Shown: positions 1 to 9,929 of the stretch, one piece after another
Layout: every line of letters begins with the position of its first letter
Numbering within the stretch: the first letter of the stretch is position 1
IMG/VR virus record: IMGVR_UViG_3300017990_000011
Length of the DNA stretch: 64,000 nt
Origin: an uncultured virus (IMG/VR IMGVR_UViG_3300017990_000011)
Taxonomy: Duplodnaviria; Heunggongvirae; Uroviricota; Caudoviricetes
Reading direction: 5' to 3' (one strand)
Position numbers and translations under genes: made by a program
Notes under the pieces: model-generated
Told to the model about the DNA's origin: nothing
The model's database searches: none
What the model saw: only the letters and a program-made list of their open reading frames with translations

Positions 1-393
1 TTGAGCCTTGTTCGTGATATTCCAAGTCACTTCGTTGACGCGAATGTGATGGGTTTGTACGGAAGATCTGGAAAGAAGATACGAAGAATCCCAGTAAACA
101 GCATGCATCACCAGTGTCTTGCCTTGAGTACACAAGGAAAGGCACCAAGTGTCTTGAAGAAAGATCTTGATGTCTTGGCGTGGACGGAGCGTGGGTTCGA
201 CAAGAAAGACAAAGAGGTAATGATTGAGGCATTTGCGATCAAAACCTGGCCGAGCAGGATTCTTGCGGTTCAATGGCATCCTGAAGAGCTGAACGATACA
301 GCTCTGTTGAGAGGCTTTTTCTCACCAAAGAGGGCTAAAGATGACAACGAACACGAGCAGAAGGCTGTGGCAGGTCAAGGTAGCGCTTCATAA
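1..393 (+). CDS. Class I glutamine amidotransferase / peptidase C26 (gamma-glutamyl hydrolase-like), 5'-truncated by window edge
   Basis: VNSMHHQ and AVQWHPE motifs of peptidase C26; catalytic Cys region lies outside the window. Confidence 0.8.
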   Translation: MSLVRDIPSHFVDANVMGLYGRSGKKIRRIPVNSMHHQCLALSTQGKAPSVLKKDLDVLAWTERGFDKKDKEVMIEAFAIKTWPSRILAVQWHPEELNDTALLRGFFSPKRAKDDNEHEQKAVAGQGSAS

Positions 394-598
394 AGGCAGC
401 ACCTCGTCTATGTCTTTTTCAATCAGGCAGCTGTCGAAATTCATTAAATCATATAAAAAGCACTACAATGATAAGACGAAACGCTCTTATCTTGAATGGG
501 TAATGTTGGCTGCCAGTGAAGTAGCAAAACAAACTTTTCCTGAAGAGGAAATAACATCCATAACTATAAACGATAAGGTCAAACAATGTTTAAAGTAG
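341..598 (+). CDS. Hypothetical protein
   Basis: 85-aa ORF overlapping both neighbours in a tightly packed operon; start uncertain. Confidence 0.5.
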   Translation: MTTNTSRRLWQVKVALHKGSTSSMSFSIRQLSKFIKSYKKHYNDKTKRSYLEWVMLAASEVAKQTFPEEEITSITINDKVKQCLK

Positions 599-1572
599 GA
601 TATAAAAAGGAGATTTTAAACGTTGACTGGGTCAGCGAAATTATAATTGAACGGTTTGATGCTGCATTCGAATTATTAACTGACAATGCTGTCATATATG
701 GCGGTGCTGTCAGAGATGCTCTTGCTGGCAAACCATTGGTCGGAGACCTTGACATATCAGCGGCGCCTAGAGAGTTCGAAAATATACATCAATCCTTTAT
801 CCGCAGCGCCAGATGGAAACAAGTACAAAAGATGCCAGGTGTTCCTCAAAAAACTGATAGGTATGGAAAGAGAAAGATGCCTATCAATAATGTTGTGGAA
901 TTTGAAGGCATCAATGGCGCTTGTGCTCAACTAATCTGTTCGTCTGATCATAAATCCTCTAGAAAAGAGGCAACCCTTCACGTTCCGCGAAATGTAGACA
1001 TAATATGCTGTGGTGTTATTATAGACATCAACGGCAGAGTCTATGAGGTAGTGGAAGGCGCACATGATGATTGTTTGAAAGGTATCCTTAGACTTAATAA
1101 GGATATGGATCATCCACATCTTGAATCATTACTACAAAGAGCGGCTAAACTTGAGAAAAGAGGTTGGGTAAACAAGCTTGATCTCAAAGAGGCGAAGAGG
1201 TTGGAGCGTAAAAAGAAACCTAAAAGTGCTCGGCTAAAAAAAGCCAAGTCGGCATCTTCTGCCAAGTCCAAAGGTAAGATCAAGATCACTGGTGATCTAA
1301 GCACAGCAGAAGAAAGGGTAGTGGCCGCAACCCCAGTACAAACGTGGCCGGAGCCAACTGATCCTGTGCCTGAACATTATGTTCCAGGAGAGAAAAGAGG
1401 TGAGTGGGTGAAGGGTGCAAACTATGGTAGAATATCTTCTGATGTTATTCCTTCCGAGGAGTTTCGTAGAAAATATATGATATCCGACGATGATGAGGAT
1501 GGTTCAGAAGCTAAGAAAGAACGTCTCCGTGAGATGTATGGAGCAAAACCTAGAAAGTGGAGGGAAATGTAA
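586..1572 (+). CDS. Poly(A) polymerase/CCA-family nucleotidyltransferase head domain with basic C-terminal tail
   Basis: IYGGAVRDALAG...DLDI signature (GGxVRD...DxD); no HD or tail domain seen. Confidence 0.75.
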   Translation: MFKVGYKKEILNVDWVSEIIIERFDAAFELLTDNAVIYGGAVRDALAGKPLVGDLDISAAPREFENIHQSFIRSARWKQVQKMPGVPQKTDRYGKRKMPINNVVEFEGINGACAQLICSSDHKSSRKEATLHVPRNVDIICCGVIIDINGRVYEVVEGAHDDCLKGILRLNKDMDHPHLESLLQRAAKLEKRGWVNKLDLKEAKRLERKKKPKSARLKKAKSASSAKSKGKIKITGDLSTAEERVVAATPVQTWPEPTDPVPEHYVPGEKRGEWVKGANYGRISSDVIPSEEFRRKYMISDDDEDGSEAKKERLREMYGAKPRKWREM

Positions 1573-1956
1573 ATGGCAAAGATTAACAAAGTGTTTGTAT
1601 ATGGAACACTAAAAGAGGGCGGTCATTTCGCACAAGGATTTGATAAAGTCCGTGTAAGCACCATGAAAGCCACCATGGTTGGTAAATTGATGGATGTAAA
1701 TGGTTTTTATCCTGGCCTGGTGGAAGGCGATGGTGTTGTACATGGTGAAGTCCATGAATATAAACACATGGATGATGTCATCAGTGCCATGGATTCTATT
1801 GAAGGGTACGTCAGACACAACCCAGACCGTAGTCTTTATAAACGTAAGGTGGTAAAGGCGGAGACTGAGGATGGTGAGGTTGAGGTCTTTGCATATTTCT
1901 TCAATCAACCAACAGAGGGGCTCAAGGAAGTTAAAAACGGAGTATGGGAAATATAA
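1573..1956 (+). CDS. Gamma-glutamylcyclotransferase (GGCT/AIG2-like)
   Basis: N-terminal VFVYGTLK, VHGEV, D-x-x-EG, LYKR motifs. Confidence 0.9.
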   Translation: MAKINKVFVYGTLKEGGHFAQGFDKVRVSTMKATMVGKLMDVNGFYPGLVEGDGVVHGEVHEYKHMDDVISAMDSIEGYVRHNPDRSLYKRKVVKAETEDGEVEVFAYFFNQPTEGLKEVKNGVWEI

Positions 1957-1965
1957 GGAGGCGAG

Positions 1966-2250
1966 ATGAAAATTCTGGCAGTAGTTACAAATACAGGTGC
2001 AAGGTATGAGGCTGGAGCACCCATATCTGAGGGTGGAAGTCCTGTCAAGTCAATTACGTATCGCAGGAATTGTTATAACAACGGACATCAAGGACAATTC
2101 CCTGTCTACGAAATAAGATTCGAAGGCATGGATATCGTACAGCTTATCAATGACAGATATGCCGAGATAGTTGTGGTTGATCCTGAAAAAGATAAAAAGA
2201 AGGATGATGTGCCAGAACTGCCGGACGGAGGTGAAGAGAATGTCGGATAA
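1966..2250 (+). CDS. Hypothetical protein
   Basis: 94-aa ORF with AGGAGG RBS. Confidence 0.65.
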   Translation: MKILAVVTNTGARYEAGAPISEGGSPVKSITYRRNCYNNGHQGQFPVYEIRFEGMDIVQLINDRYAEIVVVDPEKDKKKDDVPELPDGGEENVG

Positions 2251-2941
2251 AATACTTGTACTCAATGGTGAATCATATGCCAGTGCTGTAAAGGACATCG
2301 GCCCTGTAGTTACAGACATGACGGAATTTCTACACAAACCAACAGATTTCAGATGTGTTCTGTTCACTGGTGGGGAGGATGTATCACCTGAATTGTATGA
2401 TGATGCTTCACCCAAGGGCTACTGCCATAACAATGAACTGCGTGATAAGGTTGAGCAGAATGTTTTCAAGCTAGCCTATGCAAATAACATCGCTATGGCA
2501 GGTATATGTCGTGGGATTCAATTCTTAAATGTGATGGCTGGCGGCAAGCTCATTCATCATTTGGATGGTCATTCAGTAGGTAAGTCACATCTTATGACCA
2601 CCACTATCCAAGAGGCGCCTATATTAGTTAACAGCCTGCACCATCAGGCTGTCATTCCACCTGATGATGCTGTTATCATTGGATGGTCTACTGTCCAGCT
2701 ATCGAAGAAATATATAGGATTCCAAGATCATCACATCAATTATGATGGTAAGGAGATAGAGGCGATGGTGATTCCTAAGTACAACATATTCGCCGTCCAA
2801 TATCACCCTGAAATGATGTCTGAGGATTCTACCGGCTACATCTTCTTCAATGCCGGCCTGACAACGTTCCTTGAAATGGGAGCCGATGAATTTGTAAAAG
2901 AATTCAGATATGGAGAACAAAATGGCACTGTACAGGCATAG
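2240..2941 (+). CDS. Class I glutamine amidotransferase / peptidase C26 (PuuD-like)
   Basis: FTGGEDVSPELY, GICRGIQFLNV (catalytic Cys), NSLHHQ, QYHPE; start moved to ATG 2240 after GGAGGTG RBS. Confidence 0.9.
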   Translation: MSDKILVLNGESYASAVKDIGPVVTDMTEFLHKPTDFRCVLFTGGEDVSPELYDDASPKGYCHNNELRDKVEQNVFKLAYANNIAMAGICRGIQFLNVMAGGKLIHHLDGHSVGKSHLMTTTIQEAPILVNSLHHQAVIPPDDAVIIGWSTVQLSKKYIGFQDHHINYDGKEIEAMVIPKYNIFAVQYHPEMMSEDSTGYIFFNAGLTTFLEMGADEFVKEFRYGEQNGTVQA

Positions 2942-3434
2942 ATCTGGGTTCACAGAACATTATCTCCAATTGATGGTGTCACTACCAGTCAATAGGTTTC
3001 TCCTGATAAAAGATCCTGTCAAAGAGCGGTGGGAATTGACTCTGAATGCATGGTTGCCTAACGCACACACTGACCCACAATTGACTGCCAGGCAACAAAT
3101 AGCTCATGTATTTAAAATGAGCCCTCTTGATAAAAGTTATTCATTAACAAAAATATGTACTGTAATAGCTGATATTCAAAAATTACATGTACATGTGTAT
3201 TCAGTCAAACCACTCAAATTGTTCAAATTTACTTCAGTAGCTTCAAAAGAATTCAAGATAAGATCGTTGTCTGATATTGTAAATGATTTACTTAACGAAG
3301 GTGCTGAACCAGGTATGTCTAATATATATACTACTGCTACTGTAGCTGTTCTTAGGAACATAGGAGACACGGAGTTATTATGGGACAGGAGATTAGAAAA
3401 TTCTTGGAAAAAGAAGTCTACGTTGCTGGTGTAG
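2910..3434 (+). CDS. Hypothetical protein
   Basis: 174-aa ORF in operon. Confidence 0.6.
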   Translation: MENKMALYRHRSGFTEHYLQLMVSLPVNRFLLIKDPVKERWELTLNAWLPNAHTDPQLTARQQIAHVFKMSPLDKSYSLTKICTVIADIQKLHVHVYSVKPLKLFKFTSVASKEFKIRSLSDIVNDLLNEGAEPGMSNIYTTATVAVLRNIGDTELLWDRRLENSWKKKSTLLV

Positions 3435-3892
3435 AAGATGATTTTGACGAGATGCATATGTCAGAAGAGTTGTTTATCTGTGAAACACTTGAGGGACTCC
3501 ACGAGCATTTAAACAGTCTTACACCATCAATGGACTCAGATGTGAAGGTTCTTCACGGTGTATTAACAAACGGTTTGGTTTTACCAAGCAAATTACATCG
3601 CCGTTCTGTGTTTCTTTTGATACCTAATGAAATGGCCGCTGAAGGAATGGGTGCAATAAAAGAATGCGATGTTGATGATATAGATGATCTCGCTGAAAAA
3701 ATAACCAATATGGTTGCAGAAGGTCAATATTATATCTGGGATCCATCAGACATCTTTATACTATATGGTTATGAAATCAAAGTCACATTGGGTATTGCTG
3801 ATGATGATGTTGATGATGAGGCCATCGCATCGGGCCACAAAATATTAGATGAGGTAAAACAGATTGCCAAAGCACATAGTGCGGGAGGATAA
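3380..3892 (+). CDS. Hypothetical acidic protein
   Basis: 170-aa D/E-rich ORF with GGAG RBS. Confidence 0.65.
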   Translation: MGQEIRKFLEKEVYVAGVEDDFDEMHMSEELFICETLEGLHEHLNSLTPSMDSDVKVLHGVLTNGLVLPSKLHRRSVFLLIPNEMAAEGMGAIKECDVDDIDDLAEKITNMVAEGQYYIWDPSDIFILYGYEIKVTLGIADDDVDDEAIASGHKILDEVKQIAKAHSAGG

Positions 3893-3895
3893 AAC

Positions 3896-4291
3896 ATGTC
3901 TTCATTGATACAATTGGAATTATACACACAAACACAGGAAGATCTCAAATACGAGGGTCGTTTGTTGGGGTTGATTACTTCTGAAGAGTTTGCTAAACTC
4001 ATAGATGATAAAACAACCGCAAATAAACTTTACACCAAAGAAACCACACCGTTGGCAGATTTGATGGGTTTAAAAGATGCCGACATCAAAGATATGCGCT
4101 TGGTTATGACAGTGAAATCCAAGAATGAAAAATCAGTACCACTTAAAACTCTCTATGTATCAGATAGGATCGGCTTGATGTCTTATGAATCTATAGGTGG
4201 TAAAACAGGTGACGGTGAGGATGAGATAGTCGTAAATACTGAAAATGATGAATGTTTATTTGTAAAAGAGGTAGACAATGCTGCAAAGTAA
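3896..4291 (+). CDS. Hypothetical protein
   Basis: 131-aa ORF, GGAGG RBS. Confidence 0.65.
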   Translation: MSSLIQLELYTQTQEDLKYEGRLLGLITSEEFAKLIDDKTTANKLYTKETTPLADLMGLKDADIKDMRLVMTVKSKNEKSVPLKTLYVSDRIGLMSYESIGGKTGDGEDEIVVNTENDECLFVKEVDNAAK

Positions 4292-5075
4292 TATAAGAGG
4301 GTGTGGTGCACCCTATACAGTTTCTAAAGAGTCGGAAGATAATGTCTACAAGCCGGGAACACTTGGTCTATTGTCATATGTAAAAGGTGTAGACCTTGAC
4401 TACCCTAATGTAGTATATTTCTTCGTTGTTACAGTACGTCGTGGAAAGGGCGGAAAACAGCGGTTAGATTTTAATGAAATATCTTTTCCGATATTCAATA
4501 CACCAAACTTGATTGACCTTTCGAAGAAGAAAGAATTTATGCCACCTCTTGACAGGCGTTATTTCGTAATGACAGAAACTCTGCCTTTGGTGTTCAGCCA
4601 TGCATTAAACATGGACGGACATGACTTCTTAGCTTGGTCATGTTGTCATGCAAAATACCTTAGCCAACTACGCAAGACTACCAATGGATTCAGGATGTGG
4701 CCGAAAGATAAAAAGCATGTAATGAATGTAATGAATTCAATGGACAATTATATGAACAGCCAACATTTTGATGAAGAACAACGTCAGAATACTTACAATC
4801 ATTATACAGATGGTGAAGCTCGTGATAAATTCATTCGCAAAATGAGACATATATCTAGCGCACTAACTCAATGTCATGTATCATACAAACAGAGAGTCGC
4901 CAAGGCAGAATTAGAGGCGATTATGCATATCAATAAAAACCTCAAAGCGTTTGGTGCTGACAAAAAAGAGGCTGGTGATGCTAGGATATATCATGAAAAG
5001 AAATATAAGAAAATTTCTCAGCTGATTAATATGCAACGTGCTAATAAAAATAAATCTGCATCAAAGTTATTCTGA
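4278..5075 (+). CDS. Hypothetical protein
   Basis: 265-aa ORF, GAGG RBS. Confidence 0.7.
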   Translation: MLQSNIRGCGAPYTVSKESEDNVYKPGTLGLLSYVKGVDLDYPNVVYFFVVTVRRGKGGKQRLDFNEISFPIFNTPNLIDLSKKKEFMPPLDRRYFVMTETLPLVFSHALNMDGHDFLAWSCCHAKYLSQLRKTTNGFRMWPKDKKHVMNVMNSMDNYMNSQHFDEEQRQNTYNHYTDGEARDKFIRKMRHISSALTQCHVSYKQRVAKAELEAIMHINKNLKAFGADKKEAGDARIYHEKKYKKISQLINMQRANKNKSASKLF

Positions 5076-5092
5076 TCATGGTCGAAAGGTTT
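5071..5092 (+). promoter_or_regulatory. Conserved 22-nt intergenic motif, copy 1 (candidate phage promoter/operator)
   Basis: TCTGATCATGGTCGAAAGGTTT matches 20883-20904 at 20/22 positions; both followed by an A-rich tract and an RBS. Confidence 0.55.
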
Positions 5093-5128
5093 TAAGGATT
5101 AAAAAAATAAATTTTGTTCGGAGGAAAA

Positions 5129-6034
5129 ATGTTTCTACCTGGCACGAAACTCGTGATTGTTGAAAGCTCTGTCAAGAAAAAGGCTACTGGTATCAAGCAG
5201 GGTAGTTTGTGCAATCTGATTGAATCACAGCAGACTATTTTCTCACACAGTTGCAATGCTGTAGTTACATATTGTAGTGCTTTGTTCACGAGATATGGTT
5301 TTGAGAAACCCAAAGGTAGGCTGGAAAGAAGAGGGTTTATTAATATCTTTCCAATCGTAATGAATTCTAAAATCACCACTGAAAAGGTTGATAGACACAT
5401 AAATAAGGTGATAAAAAATAGCCAGGAATCTTTGTGTCATGAATGTGATGTGGATTTTGGCACTCCGATTGTAGTAGCCCATCCAGTCATGAGTTCTGGT
5501 ATAGACATGCAAAAAGATCGAGAAGAATTTGATTCTTGGTTCCATGCGGTCATGATGTCAGGTCTTATAGGATACACTATAAACCTCGACAGATTAGATG
5601 CTCACTATAAGAAATTTGCTGATCTAAATTCAGATGATTTCATCGGACATATAAGAAGCATGGCACGTAGCAAGAACAAACGTTTAGAATACCTTGAGAT
5701 GATAAGAGACAATGATCATGGATTTAAAACAAGACTCATAAAAAGATTGATGAGTATGATATCTATAACCTCAAGAAAATATGCCGGACAAACAGTAAAC
5801 AGTATGAAACACTTTATATCGGGCAAGCGGAGAGTTGGCAATGAAGAGGTATTTACTTCACTAGTGACAATGTATTATAATAATAGTATAAAAACTATTA
5901 TAAATATACCAACCAAAGATGTAAACAAAGTTAAGATGAACAACACAGTTATCACCGGCCACCACATACGGGGTCTCTCTCACAGGACTTTGGGGTTGTT
6001 GGGGGATAATCAAGAGACAAAGGGGGATAAGTAA
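5129..6034 (+). CDS. Hypothetical protein upstream of RNA polymerase
   Basis: Long ORF; ATG 5129 follows GGAGG. Confidence 0.7.
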   Translation: MFLPGTKLVIVESSVKKKATGIKQGSLCNLIESQQTIFSHSCNAVVTYCSALFTRYGFEKPKGRLERRGFINIFPIVMNSKITTEKVDRHINKVIKNSQESLCHECDVDFGTPIVVAHPVMSSGIDMQKDREEFDSWFHAVMMSGLIGYTINLDRLDAHYKKFADLNSDDFIGHIRSMARSKNKRLEYLEMIRDNDHGFKTRLIKRLMSMISITSRKYAGQTVNSMKHFISGKRRVGNEEVFTSLVTMYYNNSIKTIINIPTKDVNKVKMNNTVITGHHIRGLSHRTLGLLGDNQETKGDK

Positions 6035-6067
6035 CTATTAACCACTACCATCAGAAAAGGAGCATGT

Positions 6068-9000
6068 ATGCTAGATAACTTGGCCAGCAAAAACCAGTGG
6101 TTGCAGAGCAGAGTTGAGAGTTATTTTTACGCAAGAGCAACAGCAGAGATCCAGAAGTGCGGCGGTACCTGTGATATAAAACTGTTGCCTAGTGTAGTAG
6201 ATAACAATCTGTGGTTAACATTCACAAACGGTAAGGAAACACATTCTGTAACAGTTCCTCTTCCAGTAGAGGAAAACGGTGTATTATTTGTAGATCAACA
6301 TGAAGTTCGCAGATCCCTCTGCAATTATTTTGTAGAAAGCACCGGCGGAACACTTGACTATTGGAATATCATGTATTATATTATATGTGGTGATCCTACA
6401 GGCATAGTTTCTCGGTCTTTTGTAAAGAAGACTCCGTTTCTTCAAAGGGTTATTTACTCATTCCAGAACGAGAACACTGCTACTATCATTTACAGTATGC
6501 AACGTGCAGTCAATGAATTAGTTAGTAAGATGCCGTTGCACAAGACATTCATGAATAGCTGGCTTATGAATCGTCGTCTCATATTTATCGATCCGCTGTT
6601 CGACGAATTGTCTAGTCCAAAAGAGAGACTTGAATATCAGATCGAGAAAGCTAAGAAGTATTTCGACAGAGGTTGGACAGCTCTAGGTCTGTCTGATGGT
6701 GTTTTAGCAGACAAGAACTACATACTTACTGATGACATCAGGAAGTATACACCCTTTGGACTGAAATGGCACAACCCACAGAGGAATCTGTATTCCACAT
6801 TGGGTATGCAGGGTGATGAAAAACCACTCATTAGATCAGAATCTATGGAGAAACTCATAGAGCAGGGTGTCGAGAGAACAGGTTGGAACTGGTTTACTTT
6901 GTTCGCTGACATTCCTGACAACTTCGAGGACCAGATTGTAGTAGATGAATCTCACAAGGATAAGTTCATCACACATCATCGCAGACTTCAGTGCTTTGGT
7001 GAGTTGTCTGTGAAACAGGGCGATAAGCTGAAATATGGGGACATTCTAAGCAGAAATACTGATGGTGGTATTCAGAAATTTGATACCATTGCAGACTCAG
7101 CTACGGTGGAGAGAATAAGCCCGTCTTTCACAAATATAGGTGGGCTACCAGTACTTGTCCACAATGTCATCGTTACCTATAAGTTGAAACTGCGTGATGG
7201 TACAAAGATTACCAATTTTCATGGTAATAAAGGTGTTATTAGACTAAAGCCGCTCGGACATGCCAAGGACCCCCGCACTGGTGAATTGGTGAAAATAGAT
7301 GTCATTGTATCAGCGAAGTCAATCGGCAAGAGAAAGAATTTTGGCCAGCTACTGGAAGCTATGGTCAATAACATCACGGACAATCAAGGCCTGGTTGTAA
7401 CTGATGACTTTCAGCAGCCTGTGGCTGAGGTGCAAGCGGCTATGGTGTCCCATGGATTTAAAGAGGACGCCTCATGGGAGTGTGAAACATATGTCGGCAA
7501 GTTGACTGGTATATGTGGGAAAGTGTTCTGGGGTGTCATAAATCATCCAGAGTACCAGCTCTGGAAGGAAAATGCCACCATTAAAACCAATGGGAAAGAG
7601 CTGAGAACAGCTGGCCTTAAGTTCTCTACCATTGAATTCAGATCACTTGAGACCAGATTCGGCAAAGGCAATCCTATAATCAATGAGATCATGTCTTATA
7701 TGCAGGGTACTGAAAACCTGCACGAGGAACTGACCGTTCTTCGCTCAAAGAAAGGAATATTGCCTAACGATGTGCCGGTAATCAATGTTGCCGACATCAC
7801 TCCCCTCGATCAAACGAATGGGACTATAGTGTCTCGTTCTACAATAAAGGATACAGTAGTAGATGACTGCTATCAGGCTGATGGGTTTATTATGCAACTA
7901 CCAGTAGCTTATCAAACTATATGGGATAAAGAGGAACAGGAAGTAGCAAGTGAGGGTATACCTATGCAAGTAATAACCCCAGCTATGTTATCTATCGCGG
8001 ACTTCTATACTACTGATAAGATCTACATACCAAGTGCTTTCCTTCGTAAGTGTTGGAGACACAGCACAGGTAAGGTCGGACTCAATGACATAGGAGTACT
8101 AGTAAATAATATAGTAGCACTATCCCATAGGTACATGAACAACCCTGAGGAGGCTGCTAATACTACACTACTATACAATGCAATTGGTACCTATTTCAGA
8201 AGGATAGCTGACATCTTGGGTTCTAAACGTGGTGATATCAGTTGTAATGCGATGTCTGTACGATACCCATTCGCTGTCAAAGCAGTGGCTACACTATCCA
8301 ATGGATTGGATAAGAACACTGTAGAAATACCACGGCACATGGCTGAGACATTGATGGTGTCCAATGGTGATATTGTACTAGCTGAACGGTTTCCATGTCT
8401 GGGATTCGTATCAGTGAGACCACAGAAGGTCAAGATAACAGATGACCCAATGGCTCAGTATACTATCAGAGTATCCGGCAACTCACTAGTGTCTCAGAAT
8501 CTGGATTTCGATGGTGATACTCTATTCCTTGCATCGTTCCATACAATAGAGGCTATCGATATACTGAGAAAAGAGTTCAACAATCCAAACAAGACATGTT
8601 ATGATGAGATCAAACGTCTAAACGCTCGCAAAGGTGCGCCACATATTAAATGTATGAGGCTTGCTGACTATAATGTACAACCATTCGCAGACCTGACTAA
8701 TGAGCGTCATGCTGAGATAATAGAGAAGAATACTGGTGTCAAAGCTCAGACTGGACCAGTAATTGCTCTCACATACAATCTCATGAGGATCATGGAGAAT
8801 TCTGGTTTGGAAATGAATAAGAAACTGGAAGTGGGAGTCGAGATGTTTATGGAGAAGGCTGCACAATCAGTCTTCGAACAGAAACATGGTGGACAATCAC
8901 TCCATGAGATAGTCATAGATGCCACCTGTACCGGTGATGTACGTCGTCTAGTAAAGGTAGGATTCAATGAACATATCAGTACCATCATATGTGATACTAT

Positions 9001-9469
9001 CAGAAGAAAAGCCAAAGAGCTTTCGAGGCCCCAGTTTGATTTGGTTAGATATCATGAGCTTGCCAAGGAAAATGGATGGTCAAATATTATTTCAAGAATA
9101 GTCAGAGAACAAAACCTAATCTACTATGCTAGTAGGTGTAAGCTTGAGGGGTGTAAACTATTAGATCTCCTTGAAGCACCAGCAGTTGACATCCCAAGTC
9201 GGATGTTTAAGTGGGCAGTCTCCGGCAAAGCGGAGCTGGTTAGGAATAAACTGGATGAAATATTAGAGGAAAGAGAATTGAGTAAGTTAAATGATGAAAA
9301 TGTGAAGGATGCCTGTGTCTCTTTATGTGCCTGTGTCGACACCATCTTTAATGGTGAAGACAAACCTGCTCAAGAATCTGAGGAGGATAAAATGAAAAAG
9401 CGTATGAGAGATCGGCTATTCGGGAGAAAATTAAATGTCGGAAATGTCTTTCATCACTATAAAGGGTAA
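6068..9469 (+). CDS. Single-chain double-psi-beta-barrel DNA-dependent RNA polymerase (beta-like plus beta'-like regions in one polypeptide)
   Basis: beta-type motifs GTKITNFHGNKGVI, IDVIVSAKSIGKRKNFGQLLE, GLKFSTIE followed by beta'-type LGSKRG..., RFPCL and catalytic NLDFDGD (8498-8518). Confidence 0.85.
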   Translation: MLDNLASKNQWLQSRVESYFYARATAEIQKCGGTCDIKLLPSVVDNNLWLTFTNGKETHSVTVPLPVEENGVLFVDQHEVRRSLCNYFVESTGGTLDYWNIMYYIICGDPTGIVSRSFVKKTPFLQRVIYSFQNENTATIIYSMQRAVNELVSKMPLHKTFMNSWLMNRRLIFIDPLFDELSSPKERLEYQIEKAKKYFDRGWTALGLSDGVLADKNYILTDDIRKYTPFGLKWHNPQRNLYSTLGMQGDEKPLIRSESMEKLIEQGVERTGWNWFTLFADIPDNFEDQIVVDESHKDKFITHHRRLQCFGELSVKQGDKLKYGDILSRNTDGGIQKFDTIADSATVERISPSFTNIGGLPVLVHNVIVTYKLKLRDGTKITNFHGNKGVIRLKPLGHAKDPRTGELVKIDVIVSAKSIGKRKNFGQLLEAMVNNITDNQGLVVTDDFQQPVAEVQAAMVSHGFKEDASWECETYVGKLTGICGKVFWGVINHPEYQLWKENATIKTNGKELRTAGLKFSTIEFRSLETRFGKGNPIINEIMSYMQGTENLHEELTVLRSKKGILPNDVPVINVADITPLDQTNGTIVSRSTIKDTVVDDCYQADGFIMQLPVAYQTIWDKEEQEVASEGIPMQVITPAMLSIADFYTTDKIYIPSAFLRKCWRHSTGKVGLNDIGVLVNNIVALSHRYMNNPEEAANTTLLYNAIGTYFRRIADILGSKRGDISCNAMSVRYPFAVKAVATLSNGLDKNTVEIPRHMAETLMVSNGDIVLAERFPCLGFVSVRPQKVKITDDPMAQYTIRVSGNSLVSQNLDFDGDTLFLASFHTIEAIDILRKEFNNPNKTCYDEIKRLNARKGAPHIKCMRLADYNVQPFADLTNERHAEIIEKNTGVKAQTGPVIALTYNLMRIMENSGLEMNKKLEVGVEMFMEKAAQSVFEQKHGGQSLHEIVIDATCTGDVRRLVKVGFNEHISTIICDTIRRKAKELSRPQFDLVRYHELAKENGWSNIISRIVREQNLIYYASRCKLEGCKLLDLLEAPAVDIPSRMFKWAVSGKAELVRNKLDEILEERELSKLNDENVKDACVSLCACVDTIFNGEDKPAQESEEDKMKKRMRDRLFGRKLNVGNVFHHYKG

Positions 9470-9917
9470 TAAGTTGAGAAATGGCTCTAGATTAATAGCA
9501 AAGAAAAACTATGGCCCATTACCAACTGGTTCGAGAGTCACTATCAAACTTATAAATAGAAACGGTGATGGCCCTCAGATCGGTATTGTTTCCGACCCAC
9601 GTGTTGAGGGTTGGCACAATTTAGATGGTGCATGTAAAGATGGCCATGGGTACTGGGTTGAGCCACGTCATATATCAGAATTTTTCAAAACAACGTCTTC
9701 TGATTGTATGGTCAAGGCCAATGTCTCTTACAAGAATAAATCCTTGAAAGGAATGGAGTGTAGTGTCCTTCACGAACTACCCAAATCTAAGGTGTTTGTG
9801 GAGTTGGCAGAGGATGTTGGTGGGGCCAGCTGTGATGGTCTTGGTAAAAAAGGACATTGTGTGGTGCTCCAAAGAGACCAGATAGGGCCAGTGAAGGCTA
9901 AATCAAAAAGAAATTAA
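9435..9917 (+). CDS. Hypothetical protein with two internal repeats
   Basis: GWHNLDGACKDGHGYWV / GASCDGLGKKGHCVV duplicated motif. Confidence 0.65.
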   Translation: MSEMSFITIKGNKLRNGSRLIAKKNYGPLPTGSRVTIKLINRNGDGPQIGIVSDPRVEGWHNLDGACKDGHGYWVEPRHISEFFKTTSSDCMVKANVSYKNKSLKGMECSVLHELPKSKVFVELAEDVGGASCDGLGKKGHCVVLQRDQIGPVKAKSKRN

Positions 9918-9929
9918 GAGAGGTGTAAA

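Noticed and set aside
6068..9469. Cellular rpoB/rpoC locus or host contamination
   Set aside because: Far too short and divergent, no ribosomal-protein context, surrounded by phage-type genes
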